Of a stretch of DNA of 31,684 nucleotides, positions 1 through 17,935 are shown one piece after another. Below the pieces are notes generated by a model. That model was not told where the DNA came from and did not search any database. It worked only from the letters and a program-made list of their open reading frames with translations. This DNA is from Eledone cirrhosa (Eukaryota), in the NCBI GenBank assembly GCA_964016885.1, contig CAXHJY010000583.1:1-31684 (forward strand). The letters are read 5' to 3'. Position 1 is the first letter of the stretch. Each line of letters opens with the position of its first letter. The position numbers and the translations under genes were made by a program.

Positions 1-805
1 TCTGCCTACTCCGTGGCTACCGTCTATCTTTATTGCCCTGCACTTTGTTATACAGCTGTCGTCTTTCACGCGCATCACGTGACCGTACCAACGTAGCCTT
101 CTCTCGAGTAAACAACATCTGATCCCTCTTATTTCTAATTTTTTCCTTAGTTCGTTTATGCTTTGCCGTTCACGTATATTACTATTGCACATCCAGCGGA
201 GCATGCAAGCTTCGTTCCTCTCTAGTCTGCGTATATCCTCTGCACACAATGCCCAGGTCTCACTGCCATGCAGCATTGCTGTTCGTATGCAGGCATCGTA
301 TAACCTGCCTTTCATTTTTAGGGAGAACCCTCTAGCGGCTAATAGTGGTATAAGCTCTCTGAACTTTTTCCATCCAGTTCTGACTCTAGCTACTGTACTT
401 TCAGAGCACCCTCCCCCACTGCTGATTTTGTCACCCAGGTAACGGAAGCTGTCCACTATTTCTATAGAACCCTCTGCGCAGTTGAAGTAGCTAGTATTTT
501 GTGGGCACTTGCTGCTACTTATTGCACCAGAGCACCGACCACATGTAAAATCTATGTTCTTAGTTAGCTTACCTGTGATCCCACTACATCTTTTATGCAC
601 CCATACTTGGGCATTTGGGACATAAAATGAAGTTTCTGTCTAACGCTTTTCCTACACACTAAGCATGGCCATTTCCCAGATGGGACTGCCGCCTTATTTT
701 CTTTCTACAAACTAGAACTTTAGTCTTAGCCAGGTAATTTTAAGGCCTTTTGATTCTAGGCCATGCTTCCATGTTTGGAATTTCTTCTCTAGTTCGGTCA
801 TTGAT
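1..805 (-). mobile_element. Degenerate RTE-clade LINE fragment (family A): end of RT, PHD finger and C-terminal region; runs off the window edge
   Basis: Collinear by eye with 2264-3065 (LGDKISSGGGCSES, TAMLHGSETW on the minus strand). Several small indels between about 600 and 740 break the frame. Confidence 0.92.
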
Positions 806-847
806 GTCCATATCTGCATTGTCTTGGCCTTATTACACATATTCTAA

Positions 848-857
848 CGTTTTATAT

Positions 858-888
<31 letters not shown>

Positions 889-968
889 CATATATGTATA
901 TGTATATATATATGTTGTTGTTGTTAGTGTTCGTGGGTCATAGTGGTCAACAATAATAATAATAATAA
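848..968. repeat. Short (TA)n/(TACA) tract followed by (GTT)n and (AAT)n tracts
   Basis: Directly visible simple repeats. Confidence 0.9.
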
Positions 969-1248
969 ATGGTGATGATTAATAGAAAATGCTATTTTCA
1001 TCATTTCAAAAAGCAAAACAATTGATACGTTGGGTATGACTTTGGTCGTTAGCATGCTCAACCAGCCGTGACGCTTAAACCAATCAGCTGTAGTAATTCA
1101 GTGAAACTACACACTGATTGGTCGAAATACAGTTTACAGGGCTTTGCATTCTGGAGCCACTTTTCTCTGTATAAAATGTATAAAAGGTAGTAAATTTACA
1201 CATCACATTACAGTTGAAAATTGCAAACTCGACTGTCACCACATATCA

Positions 1249-1287
1249 TGAACCTGACGATTGCGAAAGCATGAAAGTACTTGTTCA
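1249..1287 (+). ncRNA. Candidate minimal type I hammerhead ribozyme, probably in a PLE terminal-repeat remnant (~970-1440)
   Basis: TGAAC-CTGACGA-T-TGC-GAAA-GCA-T-GAAA-GTAC-TT-GTTCA. Stem I is TGAAC/GTTCA, the core is CUGANGA...GAAA, stem II has a GNRA loop, and stem III is the palindrome AGTACT. Confidence 0.65.
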
Positions 1288-1454
1288 ATTAACGCTTAGA
1301 ATTTAATATTCTATCATACTATTTCATTATAATGCCATATTATATATATTTTAAAGGATTGTAAATAAAACGAGTAAATCAGACAAAGTTGGAATTCCTC
1401 TTATTAATATAATCTTCTATACACAATCATACACACCCGTGTATATTTACCTAT

Positions 1455-1478
1455 CTATATATATACATATATATATAC

Positions 1479-1559
<81 letters not shown>

Positions 1560-1560
1560 C

Positions 1561-1595
<35 letters not shown>

Positions 1596-1596
1596 C

Positions 1597-1629
<33 letters not shown>

Positions 1630-1686
1630 AACATATATATATACATATATATATATATATACATATATATATACATATATATATAC

Positions 1687-1721
<35 letters not shown>

Positions 1722-1778
1722 CATATATATATACATATATATATATATATACATATATATATACATATATATATATAT
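1455..1778. repeat. (TA)n microsatellite with CA interruptions
   Basis: Directly visible. Confidence 0.98.
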
Positions 1779-4700
1779 CATCATCATCATCATCAACGTT
1801 TAACATCCGTGTTCCACGCTTGCATGGGTTTGGACGGGGGTAGTCCCACTTGAGGTAAGAGTGATTGTCTTGCTCGCATAGGACTGTCTGGCAGGTTTTC
1901 TACAGTTGGATGCCCTTCCTAACACCAACCACATTTACAGTGTGGGTCTGGGAGGTTTTTACCGTGTTGCCTACACGGCCACATTACAGCGTGGACTGTG
2001 TGTTTTTTGTCGTGACACCTACACGATCTCATTTGTTTCGGCCTGGATGGCGCGGCACCAACATAACTTTACATAGAACGGGGTGGTGTGGATGGGGTGG
2101 GGGTGGTGGCGGGACGGGGTGTATTTTGTTAGAGATGCCTACTGGCAAGGCGGGTCTTCTCTGTTACTGAGTACCGCCAAAGGTCTCGGTCCAGTGACAT
2201 TGTCTTGGAGAGGTGTAAGTGTGTGAGGTCGGAGTTTATCAGCTCATCCCATGTTTTTCTAGGTCTGCCTATTCCGTGGCTACCGTCTATCTTTATTGCC
2301 CTGCACTTTGTTATACAGCTATCGACTTTCATGCGCATCATGTGTCCATACCAACGCAGCCTTCTCTCGAGTAAACAACATCTGATCCCTCTTATCTCTA
2401 ATTTTTTAGTTCGTTTATGCTTTGCCGTTCACGTATATTACTGTTACACATCCAGCGGAGCATGCAAGCTTCGTTCCTCTCTAGTCTGCGTATATCCTCT
2501 GCACACAATGCCCAGGTCTCACTATCATGCAACATTGCTGTTCGTATGCAGGCATCGTACAACCTGCCTTTCATTTTTAGGGAGAACCCTTTAGCAGCTA
2601 ATAGTGGTATAAGCTCTCTGAACTTTTTCCAACCAGTTCTGACTCTAGCTACAGTACTTTCAGAGCACCCTCCCCCACTGCTGATTTTATCGCCCAGGTA
2701 ACGGAAGCTGTCCACTATTTCTATAGAACCCTCTGCGCAATTGAAAGAGCTAGTATTTTGTGGGCACTTGCTGCTACTTATTGCACCAGAACACCGGCCA
2801 CATGTAAAATCTATGTTCTTAGTTAGCTTACCTGTGATCCCACTACATCTTTTATGCACCCATACTTTGCATTTAGGACATAAAATGGAGTTTCTACCTA
2901 CGCCTTTCCTACACACCGAGCACGACCATTTCCCAGAAGGGACCGCCGCCTTGTTTTCTTTCCTACAAACTAGAACTTTGGTCTTAGCCAGGTTAATTTT
3001 AAGTCCTTTTGACTCTAGGCCGTGCTTCCATGTTTGGAATTTCTTCTCTAGCTCGGCCATTGATTCCGCTATGAGTGTCAGGTCGTCTGCGTATAGGAGT
3101 TCCCATGGGCAGCCTGTCTTGAACTCCTCTGTTATAGCCTGAAGGGCAATAATAAATAGTAGGGGGCTGAGAACAGAGCCCTGATGGACGCCAACTTTTA
3201 CGCTAAACTCTTCACTATATTCGTTGTTAATTCTAACCTTGCTGACTGTTTCTTTATACATGGCTTGTATAGCCCTCACAAGCCATTCGTCAACGCCTAG
3301 TTTTCTAAGAGCCCACCAGATAATGGAGCGGGGGACTCTGTCGAAGGCTTTCTCCAGGTCGACAAAAGCTAAGTAGAGGGGTCTACCTTTAGCTAGGTAC
3401 TTCTCCTGTAGTTGTCGTACTATGAAAAGGGCGTCTGTGGTGCTTTTGCCTGACACAAACCCGAACTGCATTTCATCTAGGTCAATTCTCTCTCTGATTA
3501 GTTGCGCTATTACTTTTTCCGTGACCTTCATGACCTGGTCGATTAATTTAATGCCTCTATAGTTACTCCTATCTAGGGCGTCTCCTTTACCCTTATAACA
3601 GTTAACGATGATGCTGCTATGCCAGTCCTTCGGAACAACCCCATTCTGTACGACTTGGTTAACTATGCGGGTGACCATGGTGTGTCCCACCGTGCCAGAT
3701 GCCTTCAGCATCTCAGCAACTATTTCCGAAGGCCCAGCCGCCTTACCCGTCTTCATATCCTTGATTGCCTTACTTATTATACTCCCCTCGACTAACACTG
3801 CTGGTCCCTCTATCGGGTCGATATGGGGGAGACTGTCTTTCTCCCATTTATTCTCCTCATTTAGTAGCCTTTCATAGTGACACTTCCAAGCTACCTTCTT
3901 ATCAGTGTCGGTGATGGCAAGTATGCCATCATCGTTAAGTACACACTTCTCCCCGACAATATCACGGTTTTCCTTGACGCATTGCCTGGCAATCCTGAAC
4001 ACCTCACGTTTTTGGTCATCGCGTTGTAGAACATGCTTGAACTTTCTTTCCTCAGCTTCCCTTCTTGCTAAGTACACTTCTCTCCTAGCTTCCCTCCTGG
4101 CCACTTGATAGTCTACTCTACTTCCCCCATCCCGCCATACTTTCCAAGCCTGCTTTTTGGCCTTAATTGACCCCTCCACCCTACTGTTCCACCACCAAGT
4201 TACTCTCCTCCTGCCTACAGGCCTGCTCCAGCCACAGACTTCGTCTGTCGCCAACAGCAGGTTTGCTTTCAGAAATTCCCACTGTCCCTCTATATTGTCC
4301 GATTCTAGATGCTCTTCCTTACTGTCGAAAGCATCAAGTAATATGCTTTGAAATTTATTTCTGGCTGTGGGGTCCTTTTGTTTCCATATTTTCCTCCTGA
4401 GGATAGTTCTCTTCTGCTGTCGAGTACGTCTCGTCCTGACTATGAGGTCGCTAATTATCAGTCTATGTTGGGAGGTGCATTCTTCATTGGGGAGGGATTT
4501 AGTGTTTACAACAGACACTCTGTCACGTCTTCTGGTAAGGATATAATCTACCTGGCTTGTGTGTTCCCCTGATATATAGGTGATCAGGTGATTGTCACGT
4601 TTTTTGAAGTTAGTGTTACAGATAGTTAGGTTATTTGCATCACAGAATTCCAGGATTCTGGAGCCTTCCTCATTTCTAGTACCAAACCCATAGCCTCCAT

Positions 4701-5103
4701 GGATTTCGTCGTAGCCGTCACAATGTTGTCCAACGTGACCATTTAGGTCGCCTGCAATAATTATATAGTCACTGTCAGATATTTGGGAGGTAGTTAGCAA
4801 CAGTGTCTCATAGAATCTGTCTTTTATAGTGCCGGGCAGTCCGGATTGGGGTGCGTACGCAGATATTACTGTCACCGTAGTTTTATTGAGGACAAGTCTT
4901 ATTTTAATTATTCTGTCGTTCACTCTATTTACGTCTATTAACTTATCTGCCCACTTTTCTGCTACCATGATTCCTACTCCACCCAGCCCATCGTCGTTTC
5001 CCACCCAGAAAAGCTTATAACATCGTTTTTTACCCTCAATGAATCTAGCAGACCCACCCCTCCACCTGGTCTCTTGAATACAACAAACATCGACCTCCTT
5101 ACG
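1779..5103 (-). mobile_element. Nearly full-length, 5'-truncated RTE-clade LINE (family A) with ~330-bp 3'UTR and (GAT)n tail
   Basis: Single ORF with APE and RT. Tail reads (CAT)n on + at 1779-1795, 3'UTR is 1796-2128, and both ends join TA repeat directly. Confidence 0.96.
2129..5103 (-). pseudogene. RTE ORF: APE endonuclease + RT + PHD finger, with one 4-bp deletion frameshift near 2405
   Basis: The frame is open upstream of the listed start to 5103 ([14 protein letters not shown]). APE motifs: SAYAPQ, GDLNGHVG, QVDYIL, SQHRLI. RT motifs: [48 protein letters not shown]-terminus has RLRWYGH and GRPRKTW. Near 2400 the sequence is AATTTTTTAG versus AATTTTTTCCTTAG in the other copies. Confidence 0.95.
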
Positions 5104-5104
5104 T

Positions 5105-9058
<3,954 letters not shown>

Positions 9059-9352
9059 TAATATATAAGAACAAAAGATGGTTAAAGGAGTTCCATGTAT
9101 TTTATTATGCGCATTTCAAAAATAAATATCATCATGCAATAATATTTGTGTTTTCATCAGATAAAACAGGAGGACATGATATGAAGGCTAAAAAACACTT
9201 GTGGATAGTTCAGTTTTAAATCAACATATGAGAAGTAGTTTTAGATTCTTTGTTCTTATATATTATGTATACTCCAGTCGCACAAACTGTAGAGTGCTTC
9301 TTATCCGATATCTGCATTGCTTTATTGTACTACAATAAAACTCACCTTCTAC
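9059..9352. mobile_element. Short inverted PLE 3'-end insertion, copy 1 of 3
   Basis: 9059-9247 is the reverse complement of ~25065-25252, and 9248-9352 is a direct match to ~25238-25339 of the GIY-YIG element. Confidence 0.85.
9100..9166 (-). ncRNA. Minimal type I hammerhead ribozyme with intact core
   Basis: Minus strand: TTTTAT-CTGATGA-(long AT-rich stem II)-GAAA-TGCGCA-TA-ATAAAA, with palindromic stem III. Confidence 0.8.
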
Positions 9353-9464
9353 ATATATATACATATATATATACATATATATATATATGCTTATATATAC
9401 ATATATATACATATATATATACATATATATATATACACATATATATATACATATATATATATAC

Positions 9465-9510
<46 letters not shown>

Positions 9511-9617
9511 ACATATATATATACATATATATACATATATATATACATATATATACATACATATATATAAATATTATATACATATATATACATATATATA
9601 TATATACATATATATAC

Positions 9618-9682
<65 letters not shown>

Positions 9683-9759
9683 CATATGTATACATACATA
9701 TATATATATACATATATATATATACATATATATACATACATATATATATATATACATAC

Positions 9760-9796
<37 letters not shown>

Positions 9797-9876
9797 CATA
9801 TATATATACATATATATATATATATACATATATACACATATATATATATACATATATATACATATATATACATATA
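9353..9876. repeat. (TA)n/(TATACA)n microsatellite
   Basis: Directly visible. Confidence 0.97.
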
Positions 9877-10170
9877 TAATATATAAGAACAAAAGATGGT
9901 TAAAGGAGTTCCATGTATTTTATTATGCGCATTTCAAAAATAAATATCATCATGCAATAATATTTGTGTTTTCATCCGATAAAACAGGAGGACATGATAT
10001 GAAGGCTAAAAAACACTTGTGGATAGTTCAGTTTTAAATCAACATATGAGAAGTAGTTTTAGATTCTTTGTTCTTATATATTATGTATACTCCAGTCCCA
10101 CAAACTGTAGAGTGCTTCTTATCCGATATCTGCATTGCTTTATTGTACTACAATAAAACTCACCTTCTAC
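9877..10170. mobile_element. Inverted PLE 3'-end unit, copy 2; hammerhead at 9918-9984 (-) with CGGATGA core variant
   Basis: Near-identical to 9059-9352 at offset 818, with the same inversion junction. Confidence 0.85.
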
Positions 10171-10172
10171 AT

Positions 10173-10206
<34 letters not shown>

Positions 10207-10234
10207 ATATATATACACACATATATATATATAC

Positions 10235-10297
<63 letters not shown>

Positions 10298-10298
10298 C

Positions 10299-10578
10299 AC
10301 CGGGTGATGTGTTGTTTCCTTGAGCAAGACACTTTATTTCACATTGCTCCAGTTTACTCAGCTGTAGAAATGAGATGATATGGACTGGGGTCCCTATCAT
10401 TCCACTGCAAAGTGGTCGTGGAGGTGCCACGGCAAAAAAGCACCCAGCACTCACTGTAAATGAGGTTGGTGTTAGGAAGGGCATCCAGCTGTAGAAATCA
10501 AGCCAGAATCAGTTCCCGTCCCACCCTTGCAAGCAGGGAAAAAGCGAACGTAAAATGAAATGATGATGAAATGATGAT
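10299..10578 (+). mobile_element. 5'-truncated CORE-SINE with an RTE-related 3' end and (GAT)n-like tail
   Basis: 10311-10374 (CCTTGAGCAAGACACTT...CAGTTTACTCAGCTGTAGAAATGAG) resembles the MIR/CORE domain. 10399-10506 matches the family A 3'UTR, and 10515-10558 matches the family B terminus at 16277-16318. No tRNA A/B boxes remain. Confidence 0.8.
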
Positions 10579-10764
10579 ATATATATATACATATATATAT
10601 ATATACATATACATATATATACATATATATACATATATATATATATACATATATATACATATATATATATATACATATATATACATATATATATATATAT
10701 ACATATATATACATATATATATATATACATATATATACATATATATATATATACATATATATAC

Positions 10765-10848
<84 letters not shown>

Positions 10849-10958
10849 GCATATATATACATATATATACATATATATATACATATATATATATATGCAT
10901 ATATATACATATATATACATATATATATACATATATATATATACATATATATATATAC

Positions 10959-11037
<79 letters not shown>

Positions 11038-11299
11038 CATATATATATATATATACATATACATATACATATATATATACATATATATACATATATATAT
11101 ACATACATATATATATACATATATATACATATATATACATACATATATATATACATATATATACATACATATATATAAATATATATATACATATATATAC
11201 ATATATATATATATACATATATATACATATATATATATATACATATATATACATATATATATATATACATATATACATATATATATATACATATATACG

Positions 11300-11335
<36 letters not shown>

Positions 11336-11404
11336 CATATGTATACATACATATATATATATATACATATATACATATATATACATGCATATATATATAC
11401 ATAC

Positions 11405-11441
<37 letters not shown>

Positions 11442-11442
11442 C

Positions 11443-11475
<33 letters not shown>

Positions 11476-11533
11476 CATATATACATATATATACATATAT
11501 ATATATACATATATATACATATATATACATATA
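10579..11533. repeat. (TA)n/(TATACA)n microsatellite
   Basis: Directly visible. Confidence 0.97.
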
Positions 11534-11827
11534 TATTATATAAGAACAAAAGATGGTTAAAGGAGTTCCATGTATTTTATTATGCGCATTTCAAAAATAA
11601 ATATCATCATGCAATAATATTTGTGTTTTCATCCGATAAAACAGGAGGACATGATATGAAGGCTAAAAAACACTTGTGGATAGTTCAGTTTTAAATCAAC
11701 ATATGAGAAGTAGTTTTAGATTCTTTGTTCTTATATATTATGTATACTCCAGTCCCACAAACTGTAGAGTGCTTCTTATCCGATATCTGCATTGCTTTAT
11801 TGTACTACAATAAAACTCACCTTCTAC
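11534..11827. mobile_element. Inverted PLE 3'-end unit, copy 3; hammerhead at 11575-11641 (-) with CGGATGA core variant
   Basis: Near-identical to copies 1 and 2, at offset 2475 from copy 1. Confidence 0.85.
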
Positions 11828-13330
<1,503 letters not shown>

Positions 13331-13922
13331 TCATCATCATCATCATCATCAGGCTTAGCGTCCGTGTTCCACGCTTGCATGGGTTTGGACGGGGGTTTTC
13401 CCACTTGAGGCAAGAGTGGTTGTCTTGCTCGCATAGGACTGTCTGGCAGGTTTTCTACAGTTGGATGACCTTCCTAACACCAACCACATTTACAGTGTGG
13501 GGCTGGGAGGTTTTTACCGTGTTGCCTGCACGGCCACATTACAGCGTGGACTGTCTGGTGGGTTTTCTACAGCTGGATGCCCTTCCTAACACCAACCACA
13601 TTTACAGTGTGGGGCTGGGAGGTTTTTACCGTGTTGCCTACACGGCCACATTTACAGCGTGGACTGTGTGTTTTTTTTGTCGTGACACCTACACGATCTC
13701 ATTTGTTTCGGCCTGGATGTTGTGGGACCAACATAACTTTACATTGAAAGGGGCGGTGTGGATATGGGGTGGAGGTGGTGGGACGGGGGGTGTTTTGATA
13801 GAGATGCCTACTGACTCTAGTAGGTTTTTACTTTGTATTTAGGTAAGGCGGGTCTTCTCTATTACTGAGTACCGCCAAAGGTCTCGGTCCAGTGACATTG
13901 TCTTGGAGAGGTGTAAGCGTGT
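13331..13922 (-). mobile_element. Heavily 5'-truncated RTE family A variant (last codons + 3'UTR + tail) with an internal 112-bp tandem duplication
   Basis: (CAT)n at 13331-13350, family A 3'UTR, and [17 protein letters not shown]. An extra ~30-bp segment near 13812-13842 is shared with the copy ending at 20222. Confidence 0.92.
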
Positions 13923-15650
<1,728 letters not shown>

Positions 15651-15651
15651 A

Positions 15652-15841
15652 ATGCTATGCCTTCATCAGACAAAATACAATATAAACAGTTTTATAGATA
15701 AATATATTCGACATAGAGTGAACCTCTTCAAATGAAGTTGATGTTTATTACGGTATGTCGAATATATTTATCTATAAAACTGTTTATATTGTATTTTGTC
15801 TGATGAAGGCATAGCATATTGTTAATATGATATCCCCGAAA
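15652..15841. mobile_element. Fold-back PLE-like remnant: perfect 64-bp inverted repeat containing a truncated hammerhead
   Basis: Arms 15652-15715 and 15754-15817 are exact reverse complements with a 38-bp spacer. CTGATGA (15800), a stem II hairpin and GAAA (15838) are followed directly by TA repeat. Confidence 0.65.
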
Positions 15842-15872
15842 TATATATATACATATATATATATATATACAC

Positions 15873-15943
<71 letters not shown>

Positions 15944-15981
15944 CACATATATATATACATATATGTATATATATACACACA

Positions 15982-16017
<36 letters not shown>

Positions 16018-16072
16018 CACATATATATATACATATATATATATACATATATATATACACATATATATATAC

Positions 16073-16103
<31 letters not shown>

Positions 16104-16113
16104 CACACATATA

Positions 16114-16145
<32 letters not shown>

Positions 16146-16260
16146 CATATATACATATATATACATACATATATATATACATACATATATATATACATAT
16201 ATATATATATATACATATATATATACATATATATATATACATATATACATATGTATACAT
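15842..16260. repeat. (TA)n/(TACA) microsatellite
   Basis: Directly visible. Confidence 0.97.
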
Positions 16261-17414
16261 CATCATCATCATCATCATTTTACGTCCGTTTTTCCTTGCT
16301 TGCAAGGGTGGGATGGGTCTTATTCAGCACAGCATCTCTCCACTCGTCACGGTCCCTCGTCATCTCCACCGTGAGCTTCAATGATCTGAGGTCTGTTCTC
16401 ACCACCTCCGCCCATGTTTTTCGTGGTCTACCTCTACCACGTCTTCCTTCAACTGGCATTTCCTGGCACTTCTTCACCCATCGGTCATCCTCCATGCGCA
16501 TCACATGTCCATACCACCTCAGTCTCCTCTCCCGTACACTACATTCTATCCCTCTCAGACACAGTTTCTCTCTCAACACATTTATGCTGGGTCGTTCACG
16601 CACATCCAACGGAGCATGCTTGCCTCATTTCTCTCCAGCCGTCGCATATCTTCTGCGGTAGCTGCCCATGTCTCACTACCATGCAGCATCGCGCTCCTCA
16701 CACAGGCATCATACAACCGGCCTTTCGTACGCAGGGAGAAACCCTTCTTCGTCAACAGAGGAAGCAGCTCCCTAAACTTCTTCCAACCCGTCCTTATTCT
16801 AGATACTATGGCCTCGGAACACCCTCCTCCCATGCTAATCTGATCTCCTAGGTACCGGAAGCTATCCACCACTTCTATAGCGCCCTCTCGCATTTGAAAA
16901 ATGTGTCTATCAGTGCGACTTCTACTGTCTAATTTCCCTGTACATCTACTGCATACATATTTCTCCCTACCTGTTAGTTTGCCTGCTATCCCGCTACATC
17001 TCTTGTGTACCCAGGACCTACATTGTGTGCATTTTATAGAATTTATGCCAGCTCCTTTTCTGCATATCGAACATGGCCATTTCCCTGACGGAATCAGGGT
17101 TTTGTCCTCTTTTCTACTCATCAACACTTTTGTCTTAGCTAGATTTACTCTCAGTCCTCTTGATTCCAACTGCTGTTTCCATAGCCGGAATTTATTCTCT
17201 AGCTCCTCTACTGATTCTGCCATAAGAGCCAGATCGTCAGCATAGAGAAGTTCCCATGGACAGCCAGTCTTAAACTCCTCTGTTATGGCTTGGAGGACTA
17301 TAATGAACAAGAGCGGGCTGAGGACCGAACCCTGATGTACTCCTACTTGTATCTGGAATTCCTCACTAAACTCCATTCCTACCCTGACTTTACTGAGAGT
17401 ACCTCAGTATACAT
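16261..17414 (-). mobile_element. 5'-truncated RTE LINE, divergent family B (C-terminal half of RT + PHD finger, almost no 3'UTR)
   Basis: [20 protein letters not shown] finger, [20 protein letters not shown]. The stop at 16280-16282 lies just before the (GAT)n tail. Frameshifts near 16601 (~13-bp deletion) and near 17397. Confidence 0.93.
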
Positions 17415-17718
17415 ATATATATATATACATATATACATATATATACATATATATATATATACATATATACATATATATACATATATATATATATATACAT
17501 ATATACATATATATACATATATATATATATACATATATACATATGTATACATATATATATATATACATATATACATATGTATACATATATATATATATAT
17601 ACATATATACATATGTATACATATATATATATATACATATATACATATGTATACATATATATATATATACATATATACATATGTATACATATATATATAC
17701 ATATATACATATGTATAC

Positions 17719-17771
<53 letters not shown>

Positions 17772-17866
17772 CATATATACATATATATACACATATATAT
17801 ATATACATATATACATATATATACATATATATATACATATATATATACATATATACATATATATAC

Positions 17867-17929
<63 letters not shown>

Positions 17930-17935
17930 TACATA
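17415..17935. repeat. (TA)n/(TACA) microsatellite with repeated CATATGTATAC variants
   Basis: Directly visible. Confidence 0.97.

Noticed and set aside
806-847. ATATCTGCATTG shared with the PLE tail (e.g. 9308-9319)
   Set aside because: Only 12 bp with no extension; likely chance.
2079-2120. G-rich run (GGGGTGGTGTGGATGGGGTGGGGGTGG) with G-quadruplex potential
   Set aside because: It lies on the antisense strand of the LINE 3'UTR, is variable between subfamilies, and has no evidence of function.
2205-5020. Short + strand ORFs overlapping the LINE (and their mirror ORFs at 27116-29853)
   Set aside because: They are antisense shadows of the RT ORF and recur only because the element is repeated.
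9059-11827. Repeat-spacer pattern suggestive of a CRISPR array
   Set aside because: The repeats are ~294 bp, the spacers are microsatellite, there are no cas genes and the context is eukaryotic.
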